From: Selaginella moellendorffii
Taxonomy: Eukaryota > Plantae > Lycopodiophyta
DNA: 64,000 nucleotides
Direction: 5' to 3'
Assembly: GCF_000143415.4 (NCBI RefSeq)
Contig: NW_003314337.1
Span: forward strand, 513,234-577,233
Notes under the pieces: generated by a model
Databases searched by the model: none
Told to the model about the DNA's origin: nothing
What the model saw: only the letters and a program-made list of their open reading frames with translations
Made by a program: the position numbers and the translations under genes
Part shown: one piece after another, positions 24,801 through 38,559 of the stretch
Layout of the letters: each line of letters starts with the position of its first letter
Numbering within the stretch: the first letter of the stretch is position 1

Positions 24801-27800
24801 CGACATATCGCTTTTGTCAACTCTACTGCCTGCCACCACCGTCATAAGTAGACCAGTGTAGAGTTTTATAACTCACCTTGCCAGTGCTCAAAGCTCTGGA
24901 GTTGGTAAGTATGAAGAAGCAAGCAGGAGATTTTTGAAACTCTTTCTTTATGGACTCAATGCCCCTGAAACAATCCCAAATGAGAGGAGATATGGAAGAT
25001 CAAATTATATGGCTTACCACTCTGTCAGAACTGTGACATCGTGTACCGTTTGTGTTCCAGTAGGATCGTCATCCAAAACAACAAGAACTTTTGCTTTTCC
25101 TTCACGTTTTGTATGGCATATTGCCTCAATCGGATCCTCGTGATATTCCTCTGGCAAATTCGTAAAGGCGACATCCTTGGCAATGATTGGAAGTAAAGAT
25201 GCAGATTTAGCTTTCAGATCACTGCTTTCTGCTTGACTCTTGGTCGTAGCAACGTTTACACCGGACAGCTGCTGATAGACCTGCAAAAAAAATATATATA
25301 TCCTTTACATTTTCAAGGACGCCCTACAATTCAAATGTACCTTAACAACAGCTGCATCGTCTTGCTTACCCCAGCCGGAAGCGGAACCTGTTAACAAACT
25401 TAGCGTACAAGTTCATAAGATACCATAATTTTACCCGCTAGAAAAAGCTGATGAGCAGCAGAAGCCAGCGGAACCGCTATACACAGCTTTTTGGCAACAT
25501 CAAGAACAATTCCCTGTAGTTTGTTCAAAAAAATTAGAAGAATCTAAAAACAAAAAGACTTCGTACCAGATCCTTAACAAAAGTATCTAGGTTGGAGTGT
25601 GAAGAGTAATCACCACTTAGCATGCGCGGAACACGGTCGACAAACATCCTTTCAAAAGGCAGTGAAAAGTTAGTTGCCAGTATTGAAGGAAAACATGAAA
25701 ATTACCATGAACTTCCGGCAGCATTTGAGATTATGTCGAAAACCAGCTGTGTGTCAAGCCCTGCACGAGCCCCCAACGCTACGGCCTCTGCTGCAACAAC
25801 AAGGTGGATACCCGCTAAAAGCTGGTTTACCATCTTCATAGTGCTGTATGTAACTCGTAATTATAAGTAAGCCACAATTGTATGTTATTGACCACACCTG
25901 CCAGCTCCAGCACCGCCTCCAATAAAATATAGCTTGTCCCCAAGTGCTGCATCAGTGCATTGCCAAGTGCACATTTCAGTTCCATCAAATAGCCTATGTC
26001 TTATGTACCTGAAAGCACGGGATACGCCATCTTCAAACCCTCGTTCGTACCGCTAGCCATTATCTGCATGAGAGTCGAGATAGTTAGCCATACAAAAAAC
26101 GACCAAACTGATATTACACTCAAGGATCCATTTGCTGCTCCTTTTGTTCCCCCTGAGACTGGAGCGTCCACCATATGGATGCCTCGATCTATATAACAGC
26201 ATGTTACGGAGAACTTGTAGAATGCATTCATTACCTTCGAGCCGAGTTCCGAGATTTGTAATGTAATCAGGAGATACAGTGGAACATATCACAATGGCCG
26301 TTTCAGCAGTCAATGCTGTAAAACACAAAAAATGTGTTTTGATCGTCATGAAGCCACGTATTAGATCTTACCTGACAATGCTCCATCATCAGCAAACAGA
26401 ACGTTCTCTATTTGGTCTTCAGTAGCAACCATGATAAATAGAACCTGAGAACCTGAAAATCGAAGTCAATAGCTTTAGTTTGCATGTTCATTGCTACCTT
26501 TTGCGGCCGTTGCGGGGCTCCTGCCAGCAAGACCCCCAATTTCTTCAAATTTCGTTAATGCGGACTTTGACACCTGTAAATGAACTTTCAAAGAAAGGAC
26601 TTCTATAAAAGGACTTACGTCAAAGCCACAGACGGAAAACTTCTTAGCAACGAGCCTAGAAGCCATGCGCAAGCCCATGGCTCCGAGTCCAATAAATGCA
26701 ATTTTTTCTGGACGGCCATCATCTTCTGGTGTCTTAAGAGAATCAATGTTTGGAGAAGACACTTTAATCCCTGCGGTTTTCTCCCACACCTGGCGGCAAG
26801 CACAGAAGCCTTGTTATGCAAATGCGAGAAACGGAACGACCTTGACAACTGCAGCATCGTCTTCACGACCATACCCAGATGATGATCCTGATAAGTGTAG
26901 GCATAGTCAGCAACATCAGTGGAAAGCAGCTGTTCCTACCCAGTAAAAATTGTTGATGAGCTGCTGCAGCCAGTGGAAGTGGAAATACGTGTTCCCTCCC
27001 TTCAGATAAGACAATACCCTGAAAGTAAAACGTAAGGAAAATGCGTTGAATCGAAGTTCTTAAGTTCTACCAAAAGGTGCAGGCTCGGGCACGACAACGC
27101 TTACAAGGTCTTTTACGAATATGTTAAGAGCGGAATGAGGGAAATAATCATCATCCAGCATATGCGGCACACGATTGATGAACATCCTGCATTAGCCAGC
27201 TTAAAAACGTGTAAGTAAGAAAGTAAACACCCACCATGAGCTCCCCGATGAATGTGACACAACCTCGTATACAAGTCTTGTATTTAATCCCACGCGAGCT
27301 GCGAAGGCCATTGCCTCTGCAGATGCAGCAATGTGGACTCCTGCAAGTAGCTGGTTTACCATTTTGACAGAACTGCAAAAGGAAAAAAGGTAAGTGTAAA
27401 GCAATGTAGTTATAAAAGATGGAAAACGAACCTTCCTGCTCCAATGCCACCGTCTATGATGTAAAGTTTCTCACTCATAGCTGTTAAAACTTACAACCAG
27501 TTAGTGCTCATATTTATCAAAATATCATTTCACCTGAAAGAACCGGCATAGCTTTGTCAAAAGCTACTTTCGATCCTGCAGCCATAATCTGACAGTCCCA
27601 GAGTTTTAGACACCAAAAAAATTGCAGATAATGTAAGTAATGCATACTGTGAGCGTTCCGTTAGCTGCTCTCGCGACACCACCAGAAACTGGTGCATCCA
27701 CCAGGTAGAGTTTTCTTTCTGGAAAAGAATGATAAGCTAGAAAGGTAGAGACTTCCAGCTAGAAAGTAGCACTCACCTGTCAGTTTCTTGTCGAGCTTTC

Positions 27801-28295
27801 GGATGTATCCAGGTGCCACGGTTGAGCAAATTACAATGACTGCTCCTTCAGGAACAACTACAAGAAGAAACAGCCAAGAAAAAAATGAACTAGAATTTGC
27901 TTGGATGATATTACCAGCGGCAGCTCCGTTCGATCCAAAAAGAACAGCGTCAGCTTGATCCGAATTGGTCACCATAACAATCAGAATCGAAGCGTCTGCT
28001 CGCTCCAATCGAAATTAGCAGTCAGAAGAAATGAAACAAAAAATGTTCACACAAAACCTTGAGCTGCATGGGCTGGACTGGAGCTGGAGGATCCACCTAT
28101 TTCGCAAAATCGCTGCATAGCCGGCTCCGAAATCTGCAGAGATTCCCACATTTCACCACTAGAAACCGATAATATCGATCGATCACTCACATCATATCCC
28201 TGGACTTGGAATCCGGAACGAACGAGCGTCGATGCCATGCCGAATCCCATCGCTCCCAGACCGATGAAGGCAACCTTGGCGGCCGATTGCGCCAT
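21839..28295 (-). CDS. Multi-exon fusion enzyme: two NAD-binding hydroxyacid dehydrogenase domains + four-carbon acid sugar kinase (DUF1537-type) + class II ketose-bisphosphate aldolase
   Basis: Two FIGLGAMG Rossmann motifs; DAPVSGG and KMVNQL in the dehydrogenase repeats; VVLDDDPTGTQTVH and PYIVFPG (kinase); GAFNIYNLEG, VHFDHG, EAELGRLSG, GNVHG, VLHGASG, KFNVNTE (FBA-II). Many short introns. Confidence 0.93.
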
Positions 28296-28555
28296 CGCTC
28301 TCGATCGAGCTGAGCTGCGAGGAATGGATTAGGGCAATGCGCTGCCGCTTGCTCGTCCTTTCGAAAAACTATATGCTCTTCCTGTCATTGGATAAGCATC
28401 TTCTTGTAACCATACTTTATTTTTTGTTAAGTGATACTGTGACAGAGGTGTGTGATAGCATGACTAGTCTAGCTCGAAAATCCGCCATAGCTAGCTCTAG
28501 CTTTTGGTTATAGAACATTCTTTGACACTAGAACTTTTCTTTGCTATTCACTCTT

Positions 28556-29105
28556 TCAGTACAGGAAGATCGTCGTGACAATGCTCGCAATCCAAAGGAT
28601 CACTGGCACAAACTTTGAGCTGCTAGAAAAATTTGGGAACGATCCAAAAGGCTGGAAGAACGGTGGTGGCGGCGGATGGTGGACGGAAGAAATCCCAGCT
28701 ACAAACGGAGGAGCTGGAAGAAAAAAAACCAGATTTTTTTCATACCATCCAAACGAAAGATCTAAGTTCTTGACACAAACCATGGTTGCTTGACGAGCAC
28801 TGTGTGCTGGAATCAAAGTTGTGGATGTCACACATTTGTGGAAGCTCCATGGCGATGGATTCGTTGATCGAGTACTGTCCGCCGCTGTGGATGAGATCGC
28901 ACAGGCAGGGGAGATTCTCGGCGAGAGAGTTTTGGAGATGGACGCAGCAGTCGTCGGGGATTTCCTTGCTTTGCATCTGGAGGAGAGGGAAGCAAGAAAA
29001 AAGCGAGACCGACTCGGAGTTGCAATCGCTGTGAGTTGGATGCGAAGAAACCATCGAGAGAAAAACCAGGGAGAAGAAGAGGAAGAAGAATAGCGTGGAA
29101 TCCAT
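28556..29105 (-). CDS. GPI-anchored-type non-specific lipid transfer protein (LTPG-like), 2 exons
   Basis: Signal peptide, 8-Cys pattern (C..C..CC..CLC..C..C), Pro-rich linker and hydrophobic C-terminus. Confidence 0.85.
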
Positions 29106-29322
29106 GGCCAAAAGCTCTCAAAACTCCGACTGTGGCTATCGATTCCACTCTTGTTTAAATAAATCCAAGGAGGAGAGACCGATCGCTCTCGTACGATCGG
29201 TCAAGAGATCAAAAGGATGGAGAAATTTCAGAGCGCTCCTGATGTGGAATCCACCCACATTCGCTCGCCAAACTTAAAGCGCGCGTAGGCGAAGAACATT
29301 CGCAATAGCTTTGTTTAAGTGA

Positions 29323-29346
29323 TTTAGGATTTAGGGGTTTAGGGTT
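29323..29346 (+). promoter_or_regulatory. Telo-box-like TTTAGGG cluster just upstream of RIO1
   Basis: TTTAGGATTTAGGGGTTTAGGGTT. Telo-boxes are typical of plant ribosome-biogenesis genes. Confidence 0.55.
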
Positions 29347-29357
29347 CCTGGGCAGCG

Positions 29358-31624
29358 ATGGCGGGCGCGCCCGAGGTGGAATTGCCCGATTCTTGCGATG
29401 AATCCGTGGATGCCGATCTGGACGATGAGGAATGGGAGGAGGAAGAGGATCTCGCGGGTGCATTGGACTGGCTCGACGTCCACGAAGGTATGGATTGGTG
29501 TTTGAGGGGTCTTTGTGTCGAAATTTCCTTGTGTTTTAGGCGCTAGAGGTGGAGCTGTTGATTCTTCGTTCCATTATCGACCAAATGCGAATGGAGGTGT
29601 CGAGAATGCTCTCCAGAGGAATGCGCTCCAGCCGCGAAACAATCAAAATCAAAGGTTTTTGTCACACATACGCGCCGGACCTTTGCATGTAACTCATTGA
29701 TAGTGGTTATTTTTTTCCTCTCTCTCTTTACATTGCTTTTACGTGGCTTAGGAATGGGAAGGTCAGACCAATGCAGTCATGTCAAATTCTGTCACGACAA
29801 TGGTACGCGATAATGTGCGCAAGCAAGCTGAAGGTCGAGTTCGCGTTCACGAAAAGTCTGATAGAGCTACTGTGGAACAAGTAAAAAAAAATCATGTTTT
29901 CTTCTTGCTTATGACAAAGATTGCAGGTTTTGGACCCTCGAACTCGAATGGTGCTTTTCAAAATGTTAAATCGGGGAGTCTTTCATGATATCAATGGCTG
30001 CATTTCCACCGGAAAAGAGGCAAGCTTTTGCAACTGTGTTTTCTTAAGTTTCAATCTTCTGCTGTTTCATTTACAGGCTAACGTGTATCATGCCACTACA
30101 GAGAGTGGAGAAGAACTGGCTGTAAAGGTTTATAAAACTTCGATCCTTGTCTTCAAGTAAGTCTAGAACCAAATCGTTATGGTACATGACGTGTGAAATC
30201 TCAGAGATCGGGATAAGTATGTGCAAGGAGACTTTCGGTTCAGGCATGGTTATTCTAAGCATAATCCACGAAAAATGGTCAAGACGTGGGCGGAGAAAGA
30301 AATGCGAAATCTCTTGAGGTCTTTTTTCTTCCTCATTTTTCTCTGGTCTCTCTTAACGGTTACGTTACATAACAGGCTCAAAGCTTCTGGAATTCGAGCA
30401 CCATCTCCTCTTGTCCTGCGACTCCATGTTCTAGTCATGGATTTCATAGGCAAGTCGTATGACGCAGATTAGATTGTTCCTTTCACTGAATTAGTTTCTG
30501 TATGACAGGAAGGGATGGCTGGGCAGCCCCACGTCTAAAAGATGCAGCGCTCTCGGATACGAAGTACCGTGAATCTTATCTGGAGGTCAGTCTTTTCTTT
30601 GTATGTTTTTTTCTCCCCCAAGTTTCCTCATGTAATTTGTGTAGATTGTACAAATAATGCGTACCATGTACCAAAGGTGTCGGTTAGTTCACGGTGATCT
30701 TAGTGAATACAACGTGCTATATCACGAGGTAAGTCGATGTTTTAAGAGAAGCTAGTCTGGTAAACGTTTTGTGACAGGGCCATCTTTATATTATTGATGT
30801 CTCTCAATCAGTGGACCTCGATCATCCCCGAGCCTTGGACTTCCTCAGGCAAGATTGCGTCCATGTCAACGTGAGGATTATTATGTGTGAGTAGTCGATC
30901 TAACCCAATCTCTGTAGGATTTTTTCAAGAAAGGAGGTGTAGCCGTCATGACCGTGAGGGAGCTGTTTGATTTCATAGTGGACCCGTCAATAAACGACGA
31001 CCAAGTGGAAACTTATCTTCATGAAGTAAGTGTTTTGTTCGCCTGAAGCTTGCCCCTTAGATGCGTTTTCCAGATCCAAAAGCGAATCGAGGAAAGGATT
31101 TCCTCCACTGCGGACGACGTTGCGGATGCCGTCTTCGTTCAAGTAAGTAGGGTGTTGCGCTTGGTTGGAATCTGAGCTTCGGTTTTCCACGCCAGGCGTT
31201 TATCCCTCGGACTCTAGATCAAGTCCAGGATTACGAAAGAGATATCCAGCGCATAGCGACGGGTAACGACACAGAGGGGATTTACTACCAGACAATCACG
31301 GGACTCAAAGAAGATCTGTCCGGAGTTCGCAAAGTTCCATCTTTACTTGAAAAACAAGAGAAGCAACCGGCGACAAGAGAGGCAGAGACTGAGCAGCTAG
31401 TACTCTCGGAAGCAGCCTCCTCAAGCAGTGATAGCAGCGACCAAGAAGAAGACTCCGAGGAAGAAGACGCAAATAAGGAGAGCCGGGAGGAGCGGAGATC
31501 AGCCAGGAAAGAGCACAAGAAGAAAGTGAAGGAAGAACAGCGAGAAGCCCGCAAAACTAAGACGCCAAAAGCCGTGAAAAAGAGAAAGAAAAAGGTGGCA
31601 CAAGATAAGAAGCGCAAGCATTAA
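29358..31624 (+). CDS. RIO1: RIO1 atypical Ser/Thr kinase (40S subunit maturation), multi-exon
   Basis: [72 protein letters not shown] and a basic C-terminal tail. Confidence 0.95.
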
Positions 31625-31675
31625 AATGCTCGTTCATCTTTGTACTTCTAGCCAGAAATTTGGGTGCAAACAAAG

Positions 31676-32197
31676 ATGCCGCGGCATTTGCCCTACCCGC
31701 GGCCGCATCCGGAGCTCCCAGTGAAGCTGCGCCGATGTGTCAGGCCATGGCTTGCCCACAAGAAGATTTACTACGCTACACCGGCCAACCCGCCTCCCGC
31801 CCCTCGCTCTCGCTCCACTCACCCCACCTCGGTGTTTCTCCTCTGGACCACTCTCGCCGCCAACCAATTGCAGCCGGTAAGCCACCTCCTCCTCCTTTGT
31901 TTTTGATTTAGCGTAACGGTAGCAAGCAGCAGCAGCGGCGGCGGGGAGACAGGGCTGAGGAGGCCCTTGACAGCAGCACAGATCGGGCTTATCGGTACCC
32001 GTACGAGCTGCACAGGAATTGCATCTTACAGCGCCCGCGCAATCCATCAGCCCGGCAGCTCGAGGTTGATCAAGTCTGGCCTGGCCTCTGATTTTTCTTC
32101 TTGTGCTTGTCATGTTTTACAGGAGGAGCTACAGGAAGAGAGCATGCCCCTGCAGCACCGCTTCTCCAACCTTATGTCCTTGCTCAAAGCAAAGTAG
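31676..32197 (+). other. Possible small spliced gene or gene relic
   Basis: GC-rich blocks separated by plausible short GT-AG introns; no recognisable product. Confidence 0.25.
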
Positions 32198-33196
32198 CCC
32201 GACTTTTTAGAGGGAAATTTTAAGTTTAATAGCGAGCGGTGGTGGGTTGAATTTGCAAAAGTTTATAATCTAGATTGCACTAGCTCAACCTATGCACAAT
32301 TGAGCATTAGTAGTATTATTCCTATTTAGTATTATTTCTTTATTCAATTCATCAATGTGTGATTCATTTAAGAGTTTTGCTAGAAGAGAAGTTGATTTAT
32401 ATGTATATATATATATAACATGTTTTAGATCTTGTGGTGCACATCTAGAAACATACTACGCAACCTCAATATATACTTTACCATATGAATATATGAAATT
32501 AAATGAGTGTTCAATCACATTTGTAAGTGAAGAAAAATATCAATTGTCTTTATGATGATAATAAAGTTTACTGAAAGTTTGAAGTTTGCATCTATTGACT
32601 TTGTGAATAATAACTATTGAACTCAGTGTTTGAGTTAGAGCTATGAAGTTTTTAATTTATTAATCTATATGATAGAATAAAGATGAATATACTAGGAAGT
32701 GTTTATAATTTAGAAAAATACGTTAGAATATTCCAAAATATCTAAATATATTCTAGGTATATTCAATACTTATGACTATTTTTAGATAACACAAAAAAAG
32801 TAAGCATTGAAACATAGAAAAAATGCTAATTTTACTTTGTAGTTTCCATCTAAAACAATAAAAAAAGGTTAGTTTGTCAGATGTATGCATTCGTAAAATC
32901 TATTTCTTGGCTCCAATTCTTATTGACTAGCTCTGGATTTGGAACATGAGACCCAGTCAAGCAAAAAATCGAGGTATACTTTTATCTATAATAGATCTAG
33001 AAATGGAGACATGTGTTTTGGAGATTTTTATGTAGACTTTGGAGACTTGCCACAGTATATAAACCCCACACTCTCGGCAGATTTATCATATCTCTTCCAT
33101 TCGCTTGTTTGCTCCCTCTCATTTTCTCTTTTGCTCTTCGCACTCTTCTCGAAGTTTCTCAAGAAGAAATAATCTCATCGACATAATCTTTCTTTG

Positions 33197-33649
33197 ATGG
33201 AATCCAAGAAGTTGATGCTGGTGGTGACGATCCTGAGTGCTGCGCTGCCACCACGAACGTGTTTGTGAGTGCCGCCGACCCCGACCCGCTGCAAGATTTC
33301 GAGGGATCCAGAGCTCTCAGCAATTTCGTGCTAGATGTGTTCAAGAATGGCGATGTGACCAATCGACCCAGTGGCATTCACGCAGCGATCAACACGACAC
33401 TCTTCCCAGGAATCACACATATTTCTTCCTCTTTGCCTTCGCTTGATACCACAATAACTAATTTTTACTTTCTTTTTTTTTCCAGGTCTCAAAGGGATAA
33501 GTTATGTCCACTTTAACACATGGTTCCCTGTGGAGTCAATCTCCCACGCAGCCTCGAGCTTCCGATCTCCTCACGATGATCTCTAGCGGGCCACTTCAAA
33601 TTGGATTTGTGGATACAGCCGGTAGGAAATAAGATCTCTCTCTCTCTCA

Positions 33650-33720
<71 letters not shown>

Positions 33721-33737
33721 TGAGCGCGCGTGCGCGT

Positions 33738-33772
<35 letters not shown>

Positions 33773-34175
33773 TGAGATATGCTGTGATTTTCCAGGAGTA
33801 CCACACATCAACCTCTTGTACCCAGGTGATATCACTATATTCGTGTGGGAACAATGCACTTTGAGATCAACGTCGGCACCAAGTCTGCATTCTACATCTC
33901 AGCTCTCAACAGCCAAAACCCAGGAACTCTGGTATACAAAAAACTTTGCAAGCTTTCTCATTATTCTCTATGTTTTTTTTACCCCATTTCTTTGTGCGTA
34001 GACAAGTGGTGGTGCTCTCTTGAAAATCCCAGACAGGTCCTCTGCAATAGCACTCAACGTAGGACTGAACATGATATGAAAGTTCAAGGCAAATATGTTG
34101 CCATATATTCCCCGCCTCGAGTTGGCCCCGCCCACCATATGCATTCCCGACCAAGACATCACCACAATGATTTAA
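33197..34175 (+). pseudogene. Germin-like protein pseudogene
   Basis: Paralog of 39303-40134. Frameshift in the signal peptide leads to an early TGA, and the germin box PHxHPRAsE is damaged by deletion. Confidence 0.85.
33634..33769. repeat. Compound microsatellite (CT)n(GT)n...(GA)n inside an intron
   Basis: Directly visible. Confidence 0.95.
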
Positions 34176-34559
34176 GGACTTTCTGAAATGAAGCTTTCTT
34201 CGTTTATTAAAAATGATGGTTTGTATCCAAAAAATCCAGCAGCAGCACGTGTACACCGCTCTGTCTCGGTGATCACTTTGCAAAGTGTGTCGAGTTTGTA
34301 GTTGAAACTCCATTTTCTGTTTTCAAAGACGTCAAACAGAGAGCAACTGTTGCAGGGGTGCTGCATGGGTTCATAGAGGCGGCCTGCAGCAGCAAGGCAT
34401 CAGAACTTAAAAGCCGCAACAAAGTCAAGGATGGGTCTCTTGCCAGGTAGCGTGAAGCAATTTCCAAGCAAGCAATAAATTTTCTAAGAAACAAAGCAAC
34501 AATGGTGGATGGTGGACTGAGAATCACAAATCCTATGTCCTTGAATCAAGGATTGGAAA

Positions 34560-36300
34560 GCAATCCAACTTCCACAAGAATATTCCAAAAATATTCCATG
34601 GCCCATATAATATGCCTTGCCTTTTTTATGTCTGTTGTAATCAGGAAGTAAAACAAAGAAGAAGAAAGCTACATACAAAGTGGACTTACCAAACAAATCT
34701 GAGACCGCTTCAAATGCAGCGATCCCTACTAGTATTTCCAGTGATCCATCATCAAATCGTCACTCACAACTTCATTTCCAGGGCTATAGTTTCCTTTCCC
34801 TTGAGGGGCTTGAGTGAAGCTGCTCTAAAAGGACTGTTTATACCACTTAACCCCTCACCAACAAAAAGAAACATCCAATTGCACCTTGACCACTCTAACC
34901 CTTGTAATATTCCTCCATGATGTTTCCATAGCTATTATATTGTGGCTGGCAACCTTGTTAGTTATACCAACTTTTGCAACAAAGACACATTTTGCTATAC
35001 CACCAGATAAAAGTCATAACCCTTTGAGCCTAGGAGCTGATTGGTGTGGAGAACATTACTAACGCCTATACTCAACACAACAATCATAACCTTGCTTGCT
35101 CCCACACATAGTGCACCACCCCCACATATTTTTGCAGACCAAAGATACAAAAACTAGGAGAACTACAAGCAAGAGGTAGTATAATCTGAATTACCCAAAA
35201 CTCTAGCTTTATATAATTGAACTCCAACTTCGAGTATATAAATCATGAGAATCGTCAAAAGTTGTTTGTACAATCTTTTGAATTTAAATATACTCTGATA
35301 CAATTAGATCTATCTACATCAGATAAAGGAAAATTTAATAAGTGCTCCCAAACTCGATTAGGCCAAAGACAAGCACTAAACTTTGTTCTCTACAAAGGTC
35401 ACCCATTGTGTCTTTCATATATAAATTACAAAGATGCCATAACATTGACCGAAATTGGTTAAGTGAAGACAACTCTTGCAGCCCACATGCCCCAAATCCT
35501 TGTTGCTACAACTCTTTATGCCAGATTGTTATGAGACTTTACCTCTTTTTGAAAAGACTTATAGGGAACCAAAGCCCTAAAGTTCTCTTTATCAGTTGAT
35601 AATAAAAAGAGAAGGTTGTGGCTGTGGTGGAGGGAAAGTCTTGGTTGTGGACAAGTATTATAATGAGGTACAGGAAATCATTGTGGATGAGACATTCGAG
35701 CCTGATCAACATAAGACACCTATTAGTTTGGGTAAATCTCTTAACATTATTATTAATCCATGAATAATATAAATGGGGAAGTGTGTCTATGGTGTGTCAG
35801 AGTGCTGCACAATAATTATATAAATTTTTGGGTTGCAAAATAAAAGCATTGGTGTTTATGCCAAAAACTTCATCTTTTGTTTTAGAATGAACTTCTGTAG
35901 ATGTTGTCCATTAAAAGGCACCTGGACAAAGTGTTGCCACCAAACTCTCACCAATTGCTTATGCATCTTCCACCTCTTTGACTATTGACAAGATTGTGTG
36001 GAGTAAGTTCTTTGTTTTGTGTAAAATATGTCTAGAATATTTGCTTCCGGAATTTTCCCAGGAATACTCACACATAGAATGTTCACTTCTAAAATATTCT
36101 CTAGAATCTCGATAGTAGGAAGGTCTACTTGAAATTCAAAGACAAATAAAAGGAGTGAGCATAAAGAGAGACATTGTTTAAGAATGCTTACCCTGAGAAA
36201 AGATTTAGTCTGGAAATGAGTAAAGAATTTCTTGAGGTGAATAATTGGGATAGGAAAATAGGAAGCAACTCTAAAAAAATGTAGTGCCAAGAAAAATAGT
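34560..36300 (-). mobile_element. Possible heavily decayed LINE reverse transcriptase remnant
   Basis: Faint motif echoes on the minus strand only (ITTDIKKA, LPKLI); no open frame. Confidence 0.3.
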
Positions 36301-36451
36301 ATTAAATGTCAACTTTGTAGCCTTTAATATGCTCATAATGATACTATATAAAATAAGGGTTGATATTGCAATATAGTTTGTGAGAAACCTTTTACTATAG
36401 CATAGTTTACAATATTTACAAGAAACACACTAACTATATATATAGCTAGTT

Positions 36452-36456
36452 TTATA

Positions 36457-36524
<68 letters not shown>

Positions 36525-36555
36525 CATATATATACATATATATACATATATATAC

Positions 36556-36590
<35 letters not shown>

Positions 36591-36676
36591 CATACATACA
36601 TATATACATACATACATACATACATACATACATACATACATACATACATACATACATACATACATACATACATACA

Positions 36677-36710
<34 letters not shown>

Positions 36711-36748
36711 CATACATACATATATACATACATATATATATACATACA

Positions 36749-36788
<40 letters not shown>

Positions 36789-36794
36789 CATATA
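36452..36794. repeat. (TA)n/(TACA)n microsatellite, ~340 bp
   Basis: Directly visible. Confidence 0.97.
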
Positions 36795-36919
36795 CGTTTT
36801 GTGGCCGCGAAAAGGCAACAAGAACGCTGTTTGTCCATTCATGGTGCTGTTCTTTCATTCTCTCCATTTCACACTTTTTTCTGTGCCTAGGAGTTGACTC
36901 GTGCGCTCTCTTTTTCTTT

Positions 36920-38150
36920 CTAGGAAGGCCGCTACCGCTCCTTACATTTTTTTTAGTATGGGGGATTGATGACTCGGTCTTTTCCTTGTGCTAGGAAATG
37001 GACGGGTAAACGCTACTCCAGTTTCTTTCTTGCCTTGCACTGGCTGAGGCATGTCAGATCCGCGTAGGCATCCAGCACCTGCGCGATTGTGATCTTGTCC
37101 GGATGATCCATCTTGGAGAAGGTCTCCAGAGCGCCTTGGATGTGACCTGATCGTGCGTACCACTGCATCTCGTTTGTCCCTCGGTTGGATGATTGGCTTG
37201 GTCTTATTGACTTTCATATTTACAGCTACCCCATTGGAAAGTGAAGAACCGGTCAAGGGGGCCCGATGATTGGGACTCTAGAGGTACACATCCAGTGCAC
37301 ACCTTTGTCTAGCACTTCGCTTTCACAGGTATGACTGGTTCATCAAGAAAAAGAATTTTAAAAGCTGGAAAAGATAACAAAAGGATGCGGTACTGAGACT
37401 TACGTTGTCTCAGGTGGGGGTGTTAAAGCCAGAAAATTAACTTCCAAGCCAGCGAACCGGCCAGCGAGCGGAAGCCTTGGGTGCTGCGACCTTTTACGAG
37501 CAGCACAAACGAGGTCAAGAGCTCCGCTCACCGTGACAAGACTTATCAGGTAAGCGTCCGTTTCTTTTCTAAGAGGAGATTTTCTCTTGATTACAGCTTC
37601 TCTTTGGCAGGCAACGGATATAAAAAAGATGTTTGCTTGCATCGACGAAAAGGGGCACTAGCATTACGTTGTAGGATCATCCTGGATCTATGCGAGACAG
37701 TTGAGCTGTTCCGGGGCTTGTTTCACGAGGCAGCATTGGGACGGTGAAAAATGCCTCTCCTAGTTTTATTATGGGCACTGACATTCTCTTTCATTTGGCT
37801 CTCAGAGGTGGTACACATATCCGGAACTCCAGCCTCGAAAAGCTTTCTGGTAATCTGTGCCTGTCCCCTCTCTGTTTTTCTACTCAGTGATTCTCTTCTT
37901 TCTTTGCTAATGTGATGTTTACACTATACAGATATCCGACCTTTAAAGCGGGACCATCTCGCCGTGCGCGTACAGTGTGTCAACATTCTGGGATGACATG
38001 GCGACACTCCCACCAAAGCTTTCGAGCGAGTTGCCGGACGTGAGTTTAGCAGCGGGAGGCGAGCATGTTGTCATCTTCCAGTGGTATGGAGACATCTCTT
38101 TTTCTTTTGCCGATTTGCAGTGGCCTCTCCGTGTATAAAAATCCGTCCCT
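36920..38150 (+). pseudogene. Degenerate multi-exon gene relic of unknown family
   Basis: Repeated short pyrimidine-tract-AG and GT signals around exon-like blocks that contain stop codons. Confidence 0.3.
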
Positions 38151-38559
38151 GTGCTTGTTTTTGCAGCAGCCAAGGATTGCAGGTTTCGGTGGTGCTGGTT
38201 CCAATTCAGGTCGCGGCTGCGTTCCCTGTTGCTGGGCTCTGAATTGAAATCAGCGCCCTTGAAACTTTGCGATCCACACGGGGAAAATCCATCGGTGCTA
38301 TTTTCTCTCGATGTCTTTGGTGAGGTCTTTGTTTCCTCATGGTGTGGGAGACTAATAAGTTTTTGGCTCCTTTGGCAGCACTGGAACAAATACGTTACAA
38401 CGCGTGAGGCAAGACGTTCGTCGTGGATCAATCAGGTACTAGGTTTTTTTATTTGGCGCTCAAAGCGTTAACTATAGTGGCAAAAAGTACTATGTTTACA
38501 TCTTTTACAAGCAGTGTTAGCTGGCCTGAAATCTTCGCTCCTAATAGTTGCATGGCTTC

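Noticed and set aside
29323-29346. Interstitial telomere
   Set aside because: Only three degenerate units next to a start codon; better explained as telo-boxes.
36333-36867. YI/CMYV-repeat ORFs
   Set aside because: Translations of the TA/TACA microsatellite.
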